A stretch of DNA of 64,000 bases from Ignavibacteriota bacterium (GCA_963776275.1 CAVZMI010000014.1:32001-96000), one strand, 5' to 3'; counted from the stretch's first letter, positions 1 through 11,873 are shown. Numbers and translations: made by a program. Notes: generated from the sequence alone by a model not told the origin.

Positions 1-1001
1 ACCTGATTTGGGTTCCACGTTTTGCGAAATGGAGTGAACCGCTGGATTCCTACTTCAGTGTAGATGAGAAACGGCGCCTACTGCCCGATGCGATGAAATC
101 GTGCGTGTATGAAGGAACGCTTGTGGCGATGCCGATGTATCTGGATGTAGGGCTTATGTATTATCGCCGGGATATCATTCACAGATTACCTGATGCAAGC
201 GCAGTCGAGAAGCGGCTCCAGGAATCAATTTCATGGAAAGAATTAGTGCGGCTGCGCAAGCGGCTTGGATATATGAATAAACCGTTCTTTCTGTTCCCGG
301 CAAAAGACTACGAAGGACTGGTATGTAATTTCTTTGAATTAGCCGTCGGTTATGAACCTGAATTTCTAAAATCCAATACCTTTCGTCTTCTTTCTCCGTC
401 TGCAGCGAAATCTCTTCAGATGATGGTCGATTTCGTGAAAAATGGGACGACTCCCCAGGTTGTGACGGACTTCGATGAATACCTGTGCGATACATACATG
501 CTTGATCACGATGCCGTGTTCATGCGTAGTTGGCCCGATTTTGTTCAGAACTTCCGTACATCTTACCCGGATACGGCAAAGCTCAAAAACATCGCGAAAG
601 CACCTTTACCCCATTTCGAAGGGAGACAATCGACCTCGGTATTCGGCGGCTGGAATTTGATGATATCGAAGTCTTCAACGAAAAAAGCGGCAGCAATTGA
701 ATTTATCCGGTTTTTTCAGAGTGAAGCAATTCAACGGATGATATTCGAACGTATGGGATATTTACCGGCAATTAATTCTGTTTATGAAGATAGTCTGTTC
801 CTGCGCACTCATAACGAGCTAATCTTTTTCCATAAATTGCTACGCCGCGGATTTCATCGACCTGCACTTATCGAATATACAAAGGTCTCGGATATTATTT
901 CCCATTATGCGCACCTGGCAATTAAACGGGAAATTACGGTCGAAGAAGCTCTTACCCGTTCCAATGAATTGATTCGTTCCAGCGAGGTGCTGATCAAATG
1001 A
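1..1001 (+). CDS. Extracellular sugar solute-binding protein (family 1), 5'-truncated by window edge
   Basis: The frame is open from base 3 (LIWVPRFAKW...) into ORF 93..1001. It carries SBP motifs AMPMYLDVGLMYYRRD, AVFMRSWP and GGWNLMISKSS. Its stop overlaps the kinase start. Confidence 0.85.
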   Translation, partial: LIWVPRFAKWSEPLDSYFSVDEKRRLLPDAMKSCVYEGTLVAMPMYLDVGLMYYRRDIIHRLPDASAVEKRLQESISWKELVRLRKRLGYMNKPFFLFPAKDYEGLVCNFFELAVGYEPEFLKSNTFRLLSPSAAKSLQMMVDFVKNGTTPQVVTDFDEYLCDTYMLDHDAVFMRSWPDFVQNFRTSYPDTAKLKNIAKAPLPHFEGRQSTSVFGGWNLMISKSSTKKAAAIEFIRFFQSEAIQRMIFERMGYLPAINSVYEDSLFLRTHNELIFFHKLLRRGFHRPALIEYTKVSDIISHYAHLAIKREITVEEALTRSNELIRSSEVLIK

Positions 1002-2500
1002 TGGGTACAATAATGAAATATCTTCGACTGTTCCGGGACAGATATCATGAGTATCGTTTCGAGATCCGGCACATTACAGTGCTTGCACTGGTATTAATTG
1101 TCTTCCAATTCTTCGTTCTTTTCATGAATCAGAATTCGCTCAGAAAAGTATTTGTGAAATCCCAGCAATGGTATCAGCAGGATGCTGCCGAGCGTATTGC
1201 CAATCTGACCGCCACTTCAATTGAAATGCTTTTCGAGTCCAAGAGTCCGAAGGCAAGGCTCTTGGAAAGCGAAGAACGAAAGATCATACAGGACTTTAAC
1301 ATCATTTTTAGTCAGCAGTTACTCGATAAGAACGTTCAAAGCGTCTGTATATTGATCCCGTATGAAAACACGATAGTATCAATCGATGATGGTAAACAAT
1401 TGTGTAACTATTTATTTGGAGATACAAAGAGTGTTCGGAATTCGGATAGTGCGCACGCCGAGGCGATTCGTTTGTTCCGATCGGTGCAGGACACAATTCG
1501 TAAGATAGAACAAAACTACACATTGGTGGAACAGCAGCATATATTTCATGTATTTATTCCATTCGTTCCCCGGGGAGAATTTGTCGGTGTAGTGTATATG
1601 AAAACATCTCCGGATCTTACATTTCTTACCGAGGAAATGTCGACCAATTACAATCAAACGGCATTGGTATATTCTGCTCTTATTATTATCGGATTACTGG
1701 CTATGTTTTATATCTCTACGCGGACACTCGCAGAACGCAACGAAGCGCAGCGATTATTGTTTGAAGAACAAAAACAACATCTGACAGAACAGATCAATCA
1801 CCAAAAGGAAATGCTTTTTACCAAGCGTATCTATCACACCCACCATAAGGCTGAAAAGATCGGAGGATTTATCAAAGAAGATTTACGGAATTTAACGGCA
1901 GATAATATTAATATCATCAAGAATCGTATCAGCAGGTATGCCAGTTTCATCGCACGAGTGATCTATGATATGAAGTGGTATGATCCTCCAATTCACACAA
2001 TACGCGGTCCAATGTTTAAAACAAATGTCAACGAGGTTATTAAATTCATTGTCGAAAATATCTTTCAGCGGCTGTCGGATAACCGGCCCGCAACGAAGTT
2101 CAATCTACAGCTTGATCCCCTGCTGCCTGATGTTGCCATCAATGAGTATGTCATCTGGGAGGTGTTTGAACCGATCATCCAGAACAGTATGGATCATGCA
2201 GGGGTGGATAAGAAAGAAATAACAATCAAGACGGAATTCAATCCCGTTCTGAGGCAATCGACTGTTATGATTGCTGATAATGGAAACGGAATCCCCCCCG
2301 GTCTTTTAGAAAGCGATGAGCACGGCGTTAAAAAAATATTCCAGGAACAGGTGACATCAGGCGATGTATCGGGCAAGGAACATTCCGGGTACGGTTGTTA
2401 CATTGCATATGAGATAGCCACGCAACGATTCGGCTGGAAGATAGATGCGGAGAATCTGCCCGAAGGGGGCTGCAGGTTCATGTTTATTATGCAACATTGA
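998..2500 (+). CDS. Membrane sensor histidine kinase (HATPase_c) with atypical H-box
   Basis: Two TM helices flank a periplasmic domain. N-box EPIIQNSMDHA, G1 DNGNGI and G2 SGYGCYIAY are present; the H-box region reads RIYHTHHKAEKI. Confidence 0.85.
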   Translation: MMGTIMKYLRLFRDRYHEYRFEIRHITVLALVLIVFQFFVLFMNQNSLRKVFVKSQQWYQQDAAERIANLTATSIEMLFESKSPKARLLESEERKIIQDFNIIFSQQLLDKNVQSVCILIPYENTIVSIDDGKQLCNYLFGDTKSVRNSDSAHAEAIRLFRSVQDTIRKIEQNYTLVEQQHIFHVFIPFVPRGEFVGVVYMKTSPDLTFLTEEMSTNYNQTALVYSALIIIGLLAMFYISTRTLAERNEAQRLLFEEQKQHLTEQINHQKEMLFTKRIYHTHHKAEKIGGFIKEDLRNLTADNINIIKNRISRYASFIARVIYDMKWYDPPIHTIRGPMFKTNVNEVIKFIVENIFQRLSDNRPATKFNLQLDPLLPDVAINEYVIWEVFEPIIQNSMDHAGVDKKEITIKTEFNPVLRQSTVMIADNGNGIPPGLLESDEHGVKKIFQEQVTSGDVSGKEHSGYGCYIAYEIATQRFGWKIDAENLPEGGCRFMFIMQH

Positions 2501-2523
2501 GAAGACGAAAAAACGGAGTAGAT

Positions 2524-3994
2524 ATGTTTACAGACGATGTTATAGGAGTTTTACTGATCGAGGATGAAGAGTTCGACGTCCGTCGAGTTCGTAGTACACT
2601 CAAACCGTTCGCAGATCAAATACAGATACGCGAAGTCGTCTCGAACGGCGACACGGCATTGGAACTGTTGGCGCAGCACAATGACCAATTCGATGTAATA
2701 ATAATGGATCTCCAGATTGCTGGTGGTGTTATGGGAGAAGCACTCATCCGGGCGATCAAGCGAGTGGCTCCATCGCTGCAAATCATTGTTATTACAAAAA
2801 TGACCGTGAATATTACAGACTTTGATTTTGCGAATCGACTCTTGCAGGCAGGGGCGTTTTGGTATTGTACAAAGTATCCGACTGATATTGAAGGCTATAT
2901 CTATCAGCCGACCGACTTCATATTGAGTATATTCAACGCCTATCAAAGGAAGAGGCTTGAGCGCGAACATTCGCGGTCCGAGAAGAAACTGCTGCACAAC
3001 GTTGAAGGCATGTTGTCACGTACTAGAATTCTTGGAATCTCAGAACAAATGCAAAAGGTTCGCGCACAGATCAAGCAACTGGCCGCGATCGATGCCACAG
3101 TCCTGATTTCGGGTGCTTCAGGCACAGGCAAAGAACTTGTCGCGATAAACATTCATTATGAAAGCAAGAGAAAGCTGGAAAATTTTATTCCCATTAACTG
3201 CGGGAGTATTCCTCATGATTTAATTGAGAGCGAATTATTCGGTTATGAGAAAGGTTCGTTTACGGGAGCAAGCACAAGCAAGCGGGGACTTTTTGAACAG
3301 GCTAATCACGGCACAATTTTCCTGGATGAAGTCGCCGAACTTCCCCTCTCTGCCCAGGTTAAATTACTTAGGGTCATCCAGGACGGTGAGATCGAGAAAA
3401 TTGGGAGGAGCCGAAAAAATCAAAGTGGACGTGCGTCTCATTGCCGCAACGAACAAGGTTCTACAAAAAGAGGTTGCAGCGGGGAGATTTCGTGAAGATC
3501 TATTCTATCGGTTGCATGTCGTGCCCCTTTACATACCTCCGCTTAAGGAAAGACCGGAGGATATTCTCGTGCTATGGGAACACTTTATGCGCCAAATGAG
3601 TATAGATATGATCAGACAGACTCCTACCACGGAAGAAAATGCTTTCAAAATCCTTAAAGAATATACATGGCCGGGTAATGTCAGGGAACTTATGAATGTG
3701 GTTCAACGACTTCTCCTTCGGGAGGAAAATATAATCACTTCGGATATAGTAAAAGAAATGTTTTCTCTTCACCCCTCACTTCAGCTGTCCGCTGGCGGCG
3801 ATGCAATACTATTTCGGGATTTTGAAAATACTCTCTCACTGCGAGAGATGGAACACATCATTCGAAAGAAGTACTTCACCTTTGTCCGCAAAAATTCTTC
3901 ATCAGATGCAGAGGCGGCACGAAAACTCGGCCTGGCTCCTCCGAATTATCATAGAATGTGCAAAGAACTTGGATTGAAAGGCCAATCAACTTAA
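2524..3994 (+). CDS. Sigma-54-dependent (NtrC-type) response regulator, split by a 1-nt frameshift near 3403-3405
   Basis: Receiver (LLIEDE, MDLQ), Walker A GASGTGKE, ESELFGYEKGSFTGA and LDEV lie in ORF 2497..3495. VDVRLIAATN, FREDLFYRL, WPGNVREL and the HTH lie in ORF 3224..3994. Removing one G gives IGGAEKIKVDVR. ATG 2524 follows GGAG. Confidence 0.9.
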
Positions 3995-4006
3995 TCTTCT
4001 TCTTGG

Positions 4007-4113
4007 ATTATCATAGCTGACAATAGGCTATTATTAGCATAATAATCATTCAAAAGTCGTATGATGATTTGCATGATAAAAAGCAGGTTTTTTAAAAATG
4101 GCATAGATGTTGT
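4007..4113 (+). promoter_or_regulatory. Two tandem palindromes plus an imperfect sigma-54 -24/-12 site
   Basis: ATTATCA-TAGC-TGACAAT (4007-4024) and ATTATTA-GCA-TAATAAT (4030-4046), then TGGCATAGATGTTGT (4099-4113), which has GT instead of the canonical GC at -12. Confidence 0.35.
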
Positions 4114-4194
4114 TGAAATTCAATGGATTATCGTATTTTAATGTAAAGTATGAATAGAAATGACGGACTATAGACATAAAAAAAGCGATAACTA

Positions 4195-4222
4195 TTGACA
4201 TTCAAAAAAAAAAGACTATGTT
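4195..4222 (+). promoter_or_regulatory. Sigma-70-type promoter upstream of TonB receptor operon
   Basis: TTGACA (4195-4200), a 16-nt A-rich spacer, then TATGTT. It resembles the promoter at 55048. Confidence 0.5.
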
Positions 4223-4602
4223 GGCTTCAAAGCCCGCCGAAATAAGTACCGGTAATAAATTATAAATATTGAGTATTGAATGAGAGGCTCTTTTATTATA
4301 GAAGATATATTTTATCATTCAATTTTTCTTAATTTTCTAATCCCCAATCGTGGATTTCGGTTCATGCCCAAAACTGTTTAACACCTTCACTTTTTTACTG
4401 CAACGATTTTCAACTGTTCGTGTGAGAGGTATGCTTGATTAAAATGTTTTTGCATGCCTTGTATACTGTGGATCCTGGACTAGATATTTCAAAGCAAAAA
4501 TAAAGGGAAATTTCAAATAACAGTTTTACCACTATATGTTACAATCGTCGTATCCAAAGTGTAAAAATTAGACAAGAAAGAATCTACCAAAGGAGAAATT
4601 CT

Positions 4603-7600
4603 ATGTCATCGGGTAAATACCGAATTCTTATTTTTTCTGCCCTATTATTTTCATTGATGGTAAGTGTTATTTTCGCGGGAACCACTGGAAAAATAGCAGG
4701 CAGAGTCGTGGATAAAGAGACTGGTGAACCGCTGATAGGTGTTAATGTCATTATTAAAGGAACAACCCTTGGCACGACCACGAATATAGATGGTTATTAT
4801 GCCATTCTGTATGTACCGCCGGGTGTGCAAACTGTCGTAGCAAGCATGGTTGGGTATTCTGCCGTGACTGTTACAAGAGTGCGTGTTCTTATAGATCAAA
4901 CAGCACCTGTTAATATTGAGATGACGCCACAGGCAATTGAAACAGGAGCCGTTATCATCGTCGCAGAACGAAGCCTCGTAAAAAAGGATGTATCCACAAG
5001 TATCGTTTCAGTTCAGTCGGATGAAATTGAAAGTCTTCCTGTCTCCTCGGTTGGTGATATGATGGGCTTTCAGGCGGGAGTTGATAAAAATTTTGTAGTG
5101 AGGGGTGGCAGTGCGGATCAGTTACTCTTTCAAATCGATGGTGCTACTTTACGTGATCCAAGAAATAACAAACCTATCACAATGGTTGCCCTGAGTTCAA
5201 TCCAGGAAGTTTCCGTAGAACGTGGAGGCTTTAACGCCGAGTACGGACAGGTACGCTCAGGAATAGTCAATATCATTGAAAAGGAAGGGGATATCGCCTC
5301 TTATTCCGGGTCGATAACGGTGAAATACAGCCCTGCACAGCAGAAAAATTTTGGTATTTCTGTGTACGATCCTAATTCCTGTTGGAACCGTCCGTATTTA
5401 GATCCTGATGTCTGCTGGGTGGGAACAAAAAACGGGACATGGAATGAATATACCCAGAGACAGTATCCTAAATTTGACGGCTGGAATTCTATTTCTGAGG
5501 GATTGATGGCAGACAGTGATCCTACCAACGATCTTACACCTGCCGGAGCTCAGCGTTACTGGGAATGGACACATAGAAGAAGGCCTGCGAAGGAGCCCGA
5601 TTATTATATTGACGGAAGCTTCGGCGGTCCAGTGCCGTTTTTAAGCGAAAAACTGGGTAATCTACGATTCTTTACCAGTTTTGTGATGAACAGAGAAATG
5701 CTTCTTATACCTCTCAGCCGCGATGATTATAAAGAATATAACTGGTCATTTAAGCTGAATTCTGATGTAAGAAAGAATATGAAACTGCAGTTAAGTGCCA
5801 CTATGGGTAAAACCTTTACGGTCCCCATCAACTCGGACGATAGACAATTTTGGAATCCTACATTCGGCATCACCGGCGTTCAATTTTGGAATCCCACAGA
5901 CTATATGCGCACACCCCTTGAGATCGCTGAGGTCACGAACGAGGCGAGACCCTCAAGGATTTTCTGTGATTCCTGGTATGGTAAAGCCGAAATCAGTCAC
6001 ATCACCTTTGCTGCGAAACTCACTTCGTTCGTGACTGCGTCGACCGTATATGAGATAAGCATAGAGAATGTTAATCGTAATTACCTTGTCGGCCCCATCC
6101 AGAATCGGGATACAACAAGGCGTTACGAAGTAGTCCCGGGTTATTTTGTCGATGAGGCTCCAAACGGGTATAATCCTTTGCCGAACGCTGATCTTTCAGG
6201 GATGTTCTTCGGCGGTCACAGTGCTACGGCACGTGATTCCAGCAAATTGAAATCATTCACACTAAAGGCAGATTTAACAAGCCAATTGACCAGCGTCCAC
6301 CTGATCAAGACAGGAATTGAATTCTCATATTACGACCTTGATTTGGATTATGGTTGGGTGAAGGTATTTTTCAATGATGTAAATTATGTGAAAGAAAACT
6401 GGAAGCCGTACCGTCTCTCCTTGTACGCTCAGGATAAGATAGAAGCATTAGGATTTATCGCCAATTTAGGCTTAAGAATGGATCTCAGCAATCCAAATAC
6501 TGAATGGGCGGATGTTAATCCTTTCGATAAATTATATTTCTCCAGTTCGTATAATTCGAGTGCCGATTATCTAAAAACAAAAGCAAAAGTCGACGTTGCC
6601 CTCAGCCCTCGTTTGGGCATATCGCACCCGATTACAGAGAATTCAAAATTGTACTTTAATTACGGGCACTTCAAACAAATGCCTGCATATGAGGAGATAT
6701 TCAGAGTGGGTCGCAGTGCGACAGGGGGTATGTCCAATTATGGCAATCCAAATTTAATTCAGGCAAAGACAGTCTCATATGAATTAGGTTATGATCACGC
6801 GTTGTTTGAGTCGTTCCTGCTGCAACTTTCCGCATTTTATCATGACATCACCGATCAACAGGCTTATACCGCTTATTTAAGCGATCAAAAAGGTATTGGT
6901 TACTACGCGGCGAATAACAACAGCTATGCGGATATCCGTGGATTTGAATTAACGTTCAGAAAATCTTCCGGCGACTGGATCCGTGGTTTTGCCAACTTCA
7001 CCTATCAGGTGGTAACCCAGGGTGCTTTTGGGAAACCAACGATCGATGAGGACCCGAGCAAGCAGAAAATTATAGACCAGAATACAGCCCTGCTGTACCA
7101 GCAAAAACCGGTTCCGCAGCCTCGTGCCAATGCAAGTATAACATTCTTGACGCCGAAGGATTTTGGGCCGCAGTTCGCTGCAATCCGTCCTCTTGGTGAC
7201 TGGACTCTGAACTTAATAGCAGAATGGAGAGCCGGTGGATATATTACATATCAACAGAGAGTCATCCCCGAAGAGATCAACAATGTTCAGTTATCGGACT
7301 ACTATAATATAGATCTTCGCCTCAACAAGACTTTCGATTTCAAGATGTTCTCGCTTATGTTCTTTATGGAAGTTCGGAATCTGTTGAATTCACAGTTCCT
7401 GTCGGGCAAGAGTTTTTACGATAGCTACGACTTCCAGTACTACATGGAATCGCTCCACTTACCCGAGAATCGTGCATATGACAATATACCGGGAACAGAT
7501 CGTGCAGGCTCCGTCCGGAAAGAAGGCGTAGAGTTCCAGCCGGTTGAACAAAGCGGAAACGTGAACGGTATGAATACAGCCAATATCAAGACAGGGGTCA

Positions 7601-7812
7601 TTTATTACGACAAACCGACAAAAGAATATATGGTGTATCTCGACAGCAAATGGGAAAAAATGAAGGACAACCCTGATCACCCTGAGTTAGGCAATCGTCT
7701 ACAGCAGGTTTTAGATGATAAAGCGTACATTGATATGCCGAATAATACATCATTCAGCTTCCTGAATCCAAGACAAATTTTTTATGGTATCAATTTATCA
7801 TTTAAATTTTAA
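4603..7812 (+). CDS. TonB-dependent receptor with N-terminal carboxypeptidase-regulatory-like domain
   Basis: Signal peptide; GTTGKIAGRVVDKETGEPLIGVNV; plug VRGG...GGFNAEYG...SGIVNI; SPRLGISHPI; C-terminal PRQIFYGINLSFKF ending in Phe. Confidence 0.92.
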   Translation: MSSGKYRILIFSALLFSLMVSVIFAGTTGKIAGRVVDKETGEPLIGVNVIIKGTTLGTTTNIDGYYAILYVPPGVQTVVASMVGYSAVTVTRVRVLIDQTAPVNIEMTPQAIETGAVIIVAERSLVKKDVSTSIVSVQSDEIESLPVSSVGDMMGFQAGVDKNFVVRGGSADQLLFQIDGATLRDPRNNKPITMVALSSIQEVSVERGGFNAEYGQVRSGIVNIIEKEGDIASYSGSITVKYSPAQQKNFGISVYDPNSCWNRPYLDPDVCWVGTKNGTWNEYTQRQYPKFDGWNSISEGLMADSDPTNDLTPAGAQRYWEWTHRRRPAKEPDYYIDGSFGGPVPFLSEKLGNLRFFTSFVMNREMLLIPLSRDDYKEYNWSFKLNSDVRKNMKLQLSATMGKTFTVPINSDDRQFWNPTFGITGVQFWNPTDYMRTPLEIAEVTNEARPSRIFCDSWYGKAEISHITFAAKLTSFVTASTVYEISIENVNRNYLVGPIQNRDTTRRYEVVPGYFVDEAPNGYNPLPNADLSGMFFGGHSATARDSSKLKSFTLKADLTSQLTSVHLIKTGIEFSYYDLDLDYGWVKVFFNDVNYVKENWKPYRLSLYAQDKIEALGFIANLGLRMDLSNPNTEWADVNPFDKLYFSSSYNSSADYLKTKAKVDVALSPRLGISHPITENSKLYFNYGHFKQMPAYEEIFRVGRSATGGMSNYGNPNLIQAKTVSYELGYDHALFESFLLQLSAFYHDITDQQAYTAYLSDQKGIGYYAANNNSYADIRGFELTFRKSSGDWIRGFANFTYQVVTQGAFGKPTIDEDPSKQKIIDQNTALLYQQKPVPQPRANASITFLTPKDFGPQFAAIRPLGDWTLNLIAEWRAGGYITYQQRVIPEEINNVQLSDYYNIDLRLNKTFDFKMFSLMFFMEVRNLLNSQFLSGKSFYDSYDFQYYMESLHLPENRAYDNIPGTDRAGSVRKEGVEFQPVEQSGNVNGMNTANIKTGVIYYDKPTKEYMVYLDSKWEKMKDNPDHPELGNRLQQVLDDKAYIDMPNNTSFSFLNPRQIFYGINLSFKF

Positions 7813-7838
7813 TTCTGAAAATGAAGGGTAGTATTCAC

Positions 7839-10017
7839 ATGATTAAAAAATATCTATTGAAAGTGATAATTGGTTTTTCGCTTTGCAGTGCATTCGGTAT
7901 TAATACAATATATGCTCAGGTTACAGGCCCTCAGGAGATCAAGTGGGTATGGGTAAGCCAGCTTCGAAACTGGTTTTCGAACGGCGGTGCTGAGATCGAA
8001 TACGGTAGACGTTCCAGGGCATTCACTACGACGGACCAGCTGGATGGATTAAAATGGCCGGCAGAAAACATCAATCAGGATGTCCTTGTCGGCCAGTCGG
8101 TCTGGATCGGAACGACGAATTTCGTCGATCCGGTTGACGGACGAACATATCCGCATAAGGTAGCCTGTTCGGGCCGTCTATTCACGTATATCGGCTCGGA
8201 GATATTTCCCGAATCATTCTCGCTGGTGGGTAAATTTAATCATCCGTCAGTCCTGGTTGATGGAATGCACGCATCTGATCTTGATCCCAACGATGTATTA
8301 GATGATGTCCAAGACACTTTGAAAGCGGACCGTATGATCTATAATAAGATCCATACCTCCATCGGTGTATCAATGACCAGAAAAGTGCTCGCATTCACAC
8401 AACAGTACAATGATAATTACTACATCTATGAATATGTCTTTAAAAATAACGGCATCATCGACGGCAGTGGTCAGAGGAAATTAAATAAAACACTTACCGG
8501 TGTGATATTCCACTTTCAGTTCCGTTTAGGATTTGCAGGTGAATCGTACCATCAGGGTTGGGCCCCGACAGGTGCCTCATGGGGATTGAATACTATTAAT
8601 GATGGATTCGGTCAGGATGCAGCTCATCCATGTCCATTCCCCGATGCATTCGCTGCTCAATGGGAATACTACGGCCCGGTTTCGGCATCTCCGGGAGTGT
8701 TGGTGGATATCGGACTTCCTCATTATACCGGTCAGGAAATCATGCCCGGATCAGTAATGGCTGGGACGAAGTTCGCAGGCGTTGCGGTTCTTTATGCCGA
8801 CAAATCGCCTCAGGAACATATCAATGATCCGGCACAACCTTTTGATACACAATATATGGGCTCGGATCAGGACGGTCAGGGTGTTAATCAGTATGATATG
8901 GCTTTGATGGACAGTAAGTATAAGTTCATGTCAAAAGGACATCCGGCCCAGACTCATGCTGAATATGTTGGAAAAGATGCAAATGGCTGGCCAGCACGTT
9001 TCCCCACAACGGTAGGATTGGGAGATCCGGGGGGGTATGCAAGTGCCCAGGGATACGGTCCGTATACACTGAACCCTGACGATAGTATTCGGATTGTCAT
9101 CGCAGAAGGAATCAACAGTATAAACCGACGCCTGAACAGAGAAATTATCAGGAATTACATCGCCAATACCCCTCCGTTCATACTGCCAAACGGATCCACG
9201 ACGACCGATAGAAATACTTATAAAAATACTTGGGTATTTTCCGGGAAAGATTCCTTATTCCAGACTTTTCGGAGAGCGAGAGACAACTATCAGAGCGGAT
9301 ATGCAATACCCGCCCCTCCACAGCCGCCAAAGACATTCCAGGTGACATCCGGTGGCAATAAGATTACTCTTATATGGGAACCCCCCGAGAAAATAGAGTC
9401 GAACTTCGACGGATACAGACTCTACAGGGCAGAAGGCAGAGCGGATACGACATACGATATGATCTTTGAGTGCAATAAAAATAATCTGGCGAATAGTTAC
9501 GAAGACAGGAATGCGCGACGAGGATTTAATTATTTTTATTATATACAGTCGAAAGATGACGGTACGACGAATCCCGGATCGGCCGCTCTGAATATCCCGG
9601 CCGGTGAACCTCTTGTCAGTAGTAAATTTTATACGATGACGAACCATGAGGCATTTTTAACACGTCCTTCCGAGAAGCAACTCTCAGAAATACGAGTGGT
9701 TCCTAATCCTTATAATATTAGAGCAAAGTGACCTCCAATTTGGGAAGGATACGCCTGACAGACTCGCCTTTTTGGGTCTGCCTGCGTATTGTGTGATAAA
9801 AATTTATACCGAAACCGGGGATTTGATACAGACAATAAATCATATCAGCGGAAGCGGCGATGAAATTTGGAATTCGGCGACTTCTTCCGAACAGATCGTG
9901 GTCAGTGGATTATATATTGCGTATTTCGAGGTTACACAAGACATCTATTCGGATTCAGGGGAATTGATCTTTAGGAAGGGCGACAATACCTTCCGGAAAT
10001 TTATAATCATCAGATGA
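7839..10017 (+). CDS. Secreted hypothetical protein with FN3-like domain and variant T9SS-type C-terminal domain; frameshift near 9725-9727
   Basis: Signal peptide and an FN3-like segment (PPQPP...ITLIWE...FDGYRLYR). Removing one A joins VVPNPYNIRA to SDLQFGKDTPDRLAFLGLPAYCVIKIYTETGDLI...W...VVSGLYI...KFIIIR (ORF 9772..10017). Confidence 0.75.
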
Positions 10018-10039
10018 CTTTAATCATTTGGAGAACGAA

Positions 10040-10729
10040 ATGTACCGACAATGTCAGAAAAAATATGCTTCTTTTTTAAAACTATTTCTGGTAGGAATTG
10101 TGGTAATGATCGGTATCGGGTGCGACAGCATCCTACCGGAAAAATTTAAAAATAAGGAATATACTATTGCGGATATCGATAGTAGGGCCTGTATAATTCT
10201 TTCCGATACGACAGGAAAGTCAATTCAGACAATGACTCTACAAGGTTTTGTGGACACTGCAACGTGGCGAAAATTTACACAGGATAGCCTGACCGAAAAT
10301 CAAGTTTTATATCCGAAATTCAGCGTGCTGGTCGATAGTCTGCCGCAACTTGTCCGGGACTCATTGATGGTGGTAGGATATCCTAAAGGCGAGAACACCA
10401 CGTACTCGGTATTAAGAGTATTACCCGGAGAATCGAAAGATATTTACATTTATACAAGCTTGTTCTATAACGCGGATAATGTCAACGAGTACATTTCGGT
10501 CCGGCTGATGAAAAGCGATACGATCGAAGTAAATTATTCGAATGATATGCTCGGCGAAACCGTCTCCGGCAGTACTCAGACGATCCTGGTGCAGTCTCAG
10601 GAACGTATTGTACCAACCATAAGATCGCGCAACAAGATTCATGTCGAAGAGGGTGTCTATCTCGTACGATTTGGGATGAGCAATCCCGTGACAATCAACA
10701 AATTTAAAATTCTAATTTTATCACTCTAA
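10040..10729 (+). CDS. Hypothetical lipoprotein
   Basis: ATG after GGAG; hydrophobic stretch ending in lipobox-like IGIGC; no recognised domain. Confidence 0.7.
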   Translation: MYRQCQKKYASFLKLFLVGIVVMIGIGCDSILPEKFKNKEYTIADIDSRACIILSDTTGKSIQTMTLQGFVDTATWRKFTQDSLTENQVLYPKFSVLVDSLPQLVRDSLMVVGYPKGENTTYSVLRVLPGESKDIYIYTSLFYNADNVNEYISVRLMKSDTIEVNYSNDMLGETVSGSTQTILVQSQERIVPTIRSRNKIHVEEGVYLVRFGMSNPVTINKFKILILSL

Positions 10730-10834
10730 TACAATTTAGTATAATGTCTTTGAGGTACTGTACCTCTTTATTTGTATAATTAATTAGTTGTGGGGGCGTC
10801 AGTAAGTGTGCAATTCCAAAAGGAGAATAAAAAA

Positions 10835-11854
10835 GTGAATCGGTTTATAATCACGTGCTTAACTGCAATTGTCATAATCGGGATGCTTTCATCTCTATCC
10901 TATTGTCAGGTAAAATGGGCACAAACGGGATTCAATTTTCTCAGTGTATCGTCTGATGCGAAGGCAGGTGCTATGGGCGATGCTGTAAACTCCCTTGTCG
11001 GCTATTCAGGCGCGTTGTACCATAATCCGGCAACCATGGCTGAAATGCCCTCTCTGCTCAACGCCAACTTCAGCATTAATTCCTGGATTGCCGATATTAA
11101 GTATCTCACTTTCAGCATGATTGTCTCACCGGCTTCCGGAAATTATGGTGTAGTTGGCATCAGTGTGCAATCGGTCGATTATGGCGATGTGCAGGGAACG
11201 ATGGTATGGAACAACAGTAAAGGTTATATCGATACCGAAGTGATGAAACCTTCAGCATTAGCCGTCGGTGTCGGTTATGCCATTATGCTTTCGAATCAAT
11301 TTGGTGTGGGCGGTCAAATCCGATTTGCATATCAATCACTGGGCAAGAGTGTTGTTCCGGTTACCGGCACCAATTCGTACACGACGAAACAAAATGTTGC
11401 CAACACGGTAGCGTATGATTTCGGGACTATCTATAAAACTGGTATAAAGAGTCTGGCTTTTGGTATGTCTATAAGGAATTTTTCTAAAGATGTAACCTAT
11501 GAACAAGAAGCGTTTCAAATCCCGTTGCTCTTTACATTGGGTATTTCGGCAGACCTTTTCGATTTCATAGGATCAGCCGGACCAAATCACTCGCTCATGC
11601 TCTTTTTGGACAGCACGCATCCACGGTCCCATCCGGAGCAAATTAAAATCGGGGCCGAATATCAATTTCATAAATTGATATCATTACGAGCAGGGTACAT
11701 CAGCAGCGACAGTGAGGATGGCGTTACGTATGGATTTGGCGTTTCTTCTTCCGGCCTTGGTGTTTCTCCCGTTAATTTTGATGTCGATTACTCCTACACG
11801 CCGTTCGGTGTGTTTAATAACGTTCATAGAATATCAGTAAGTCTTACAATGTAA
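10835..11854 (+). CDS. PorV/PorQ-family (UPF0164) outer-membrane beta-barrel
   Basis: TGFNFLSV...AGAMGDA...ALYHNPA, DFGTIYKTG, LRAGY, DYSYTPFGVFNNVHRIS. GTG start follows AGGAG. Confidence 0.85.
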   Translation: MNRFIITCLTAIVIIGMLSSLSYCQVKWAQTGFNFLSVSSDAKAGAMGDAVNSLVGYSGALYHNPATMAEMPSLLNANFSINSWIADIKYLTFSMIVSPASGNYGVVGISVQSVDYGDVQGTMVWNNSKGYIDTEVMKPSALAVGVGYAIMLSNQFGVGGQIRFAYQSLGKSVVPVTGTNSYTTKQNVANTVAYDFGTIYKTGIKSLAFGMSIRNFSKDVTYEQEAFQIPLLFTLGISADLFDFIGSAGPNHSLMLFLDSTHPRSHPEQIKIGAEYQFHKLISLRAGYISSDSEDGVTYGFGVSSSGLGVSPVNFDVDYSYTPFGVFNNVHRISVSLTM

Positions 11855-11873
11855 AATGATAGAGTGGACTACT

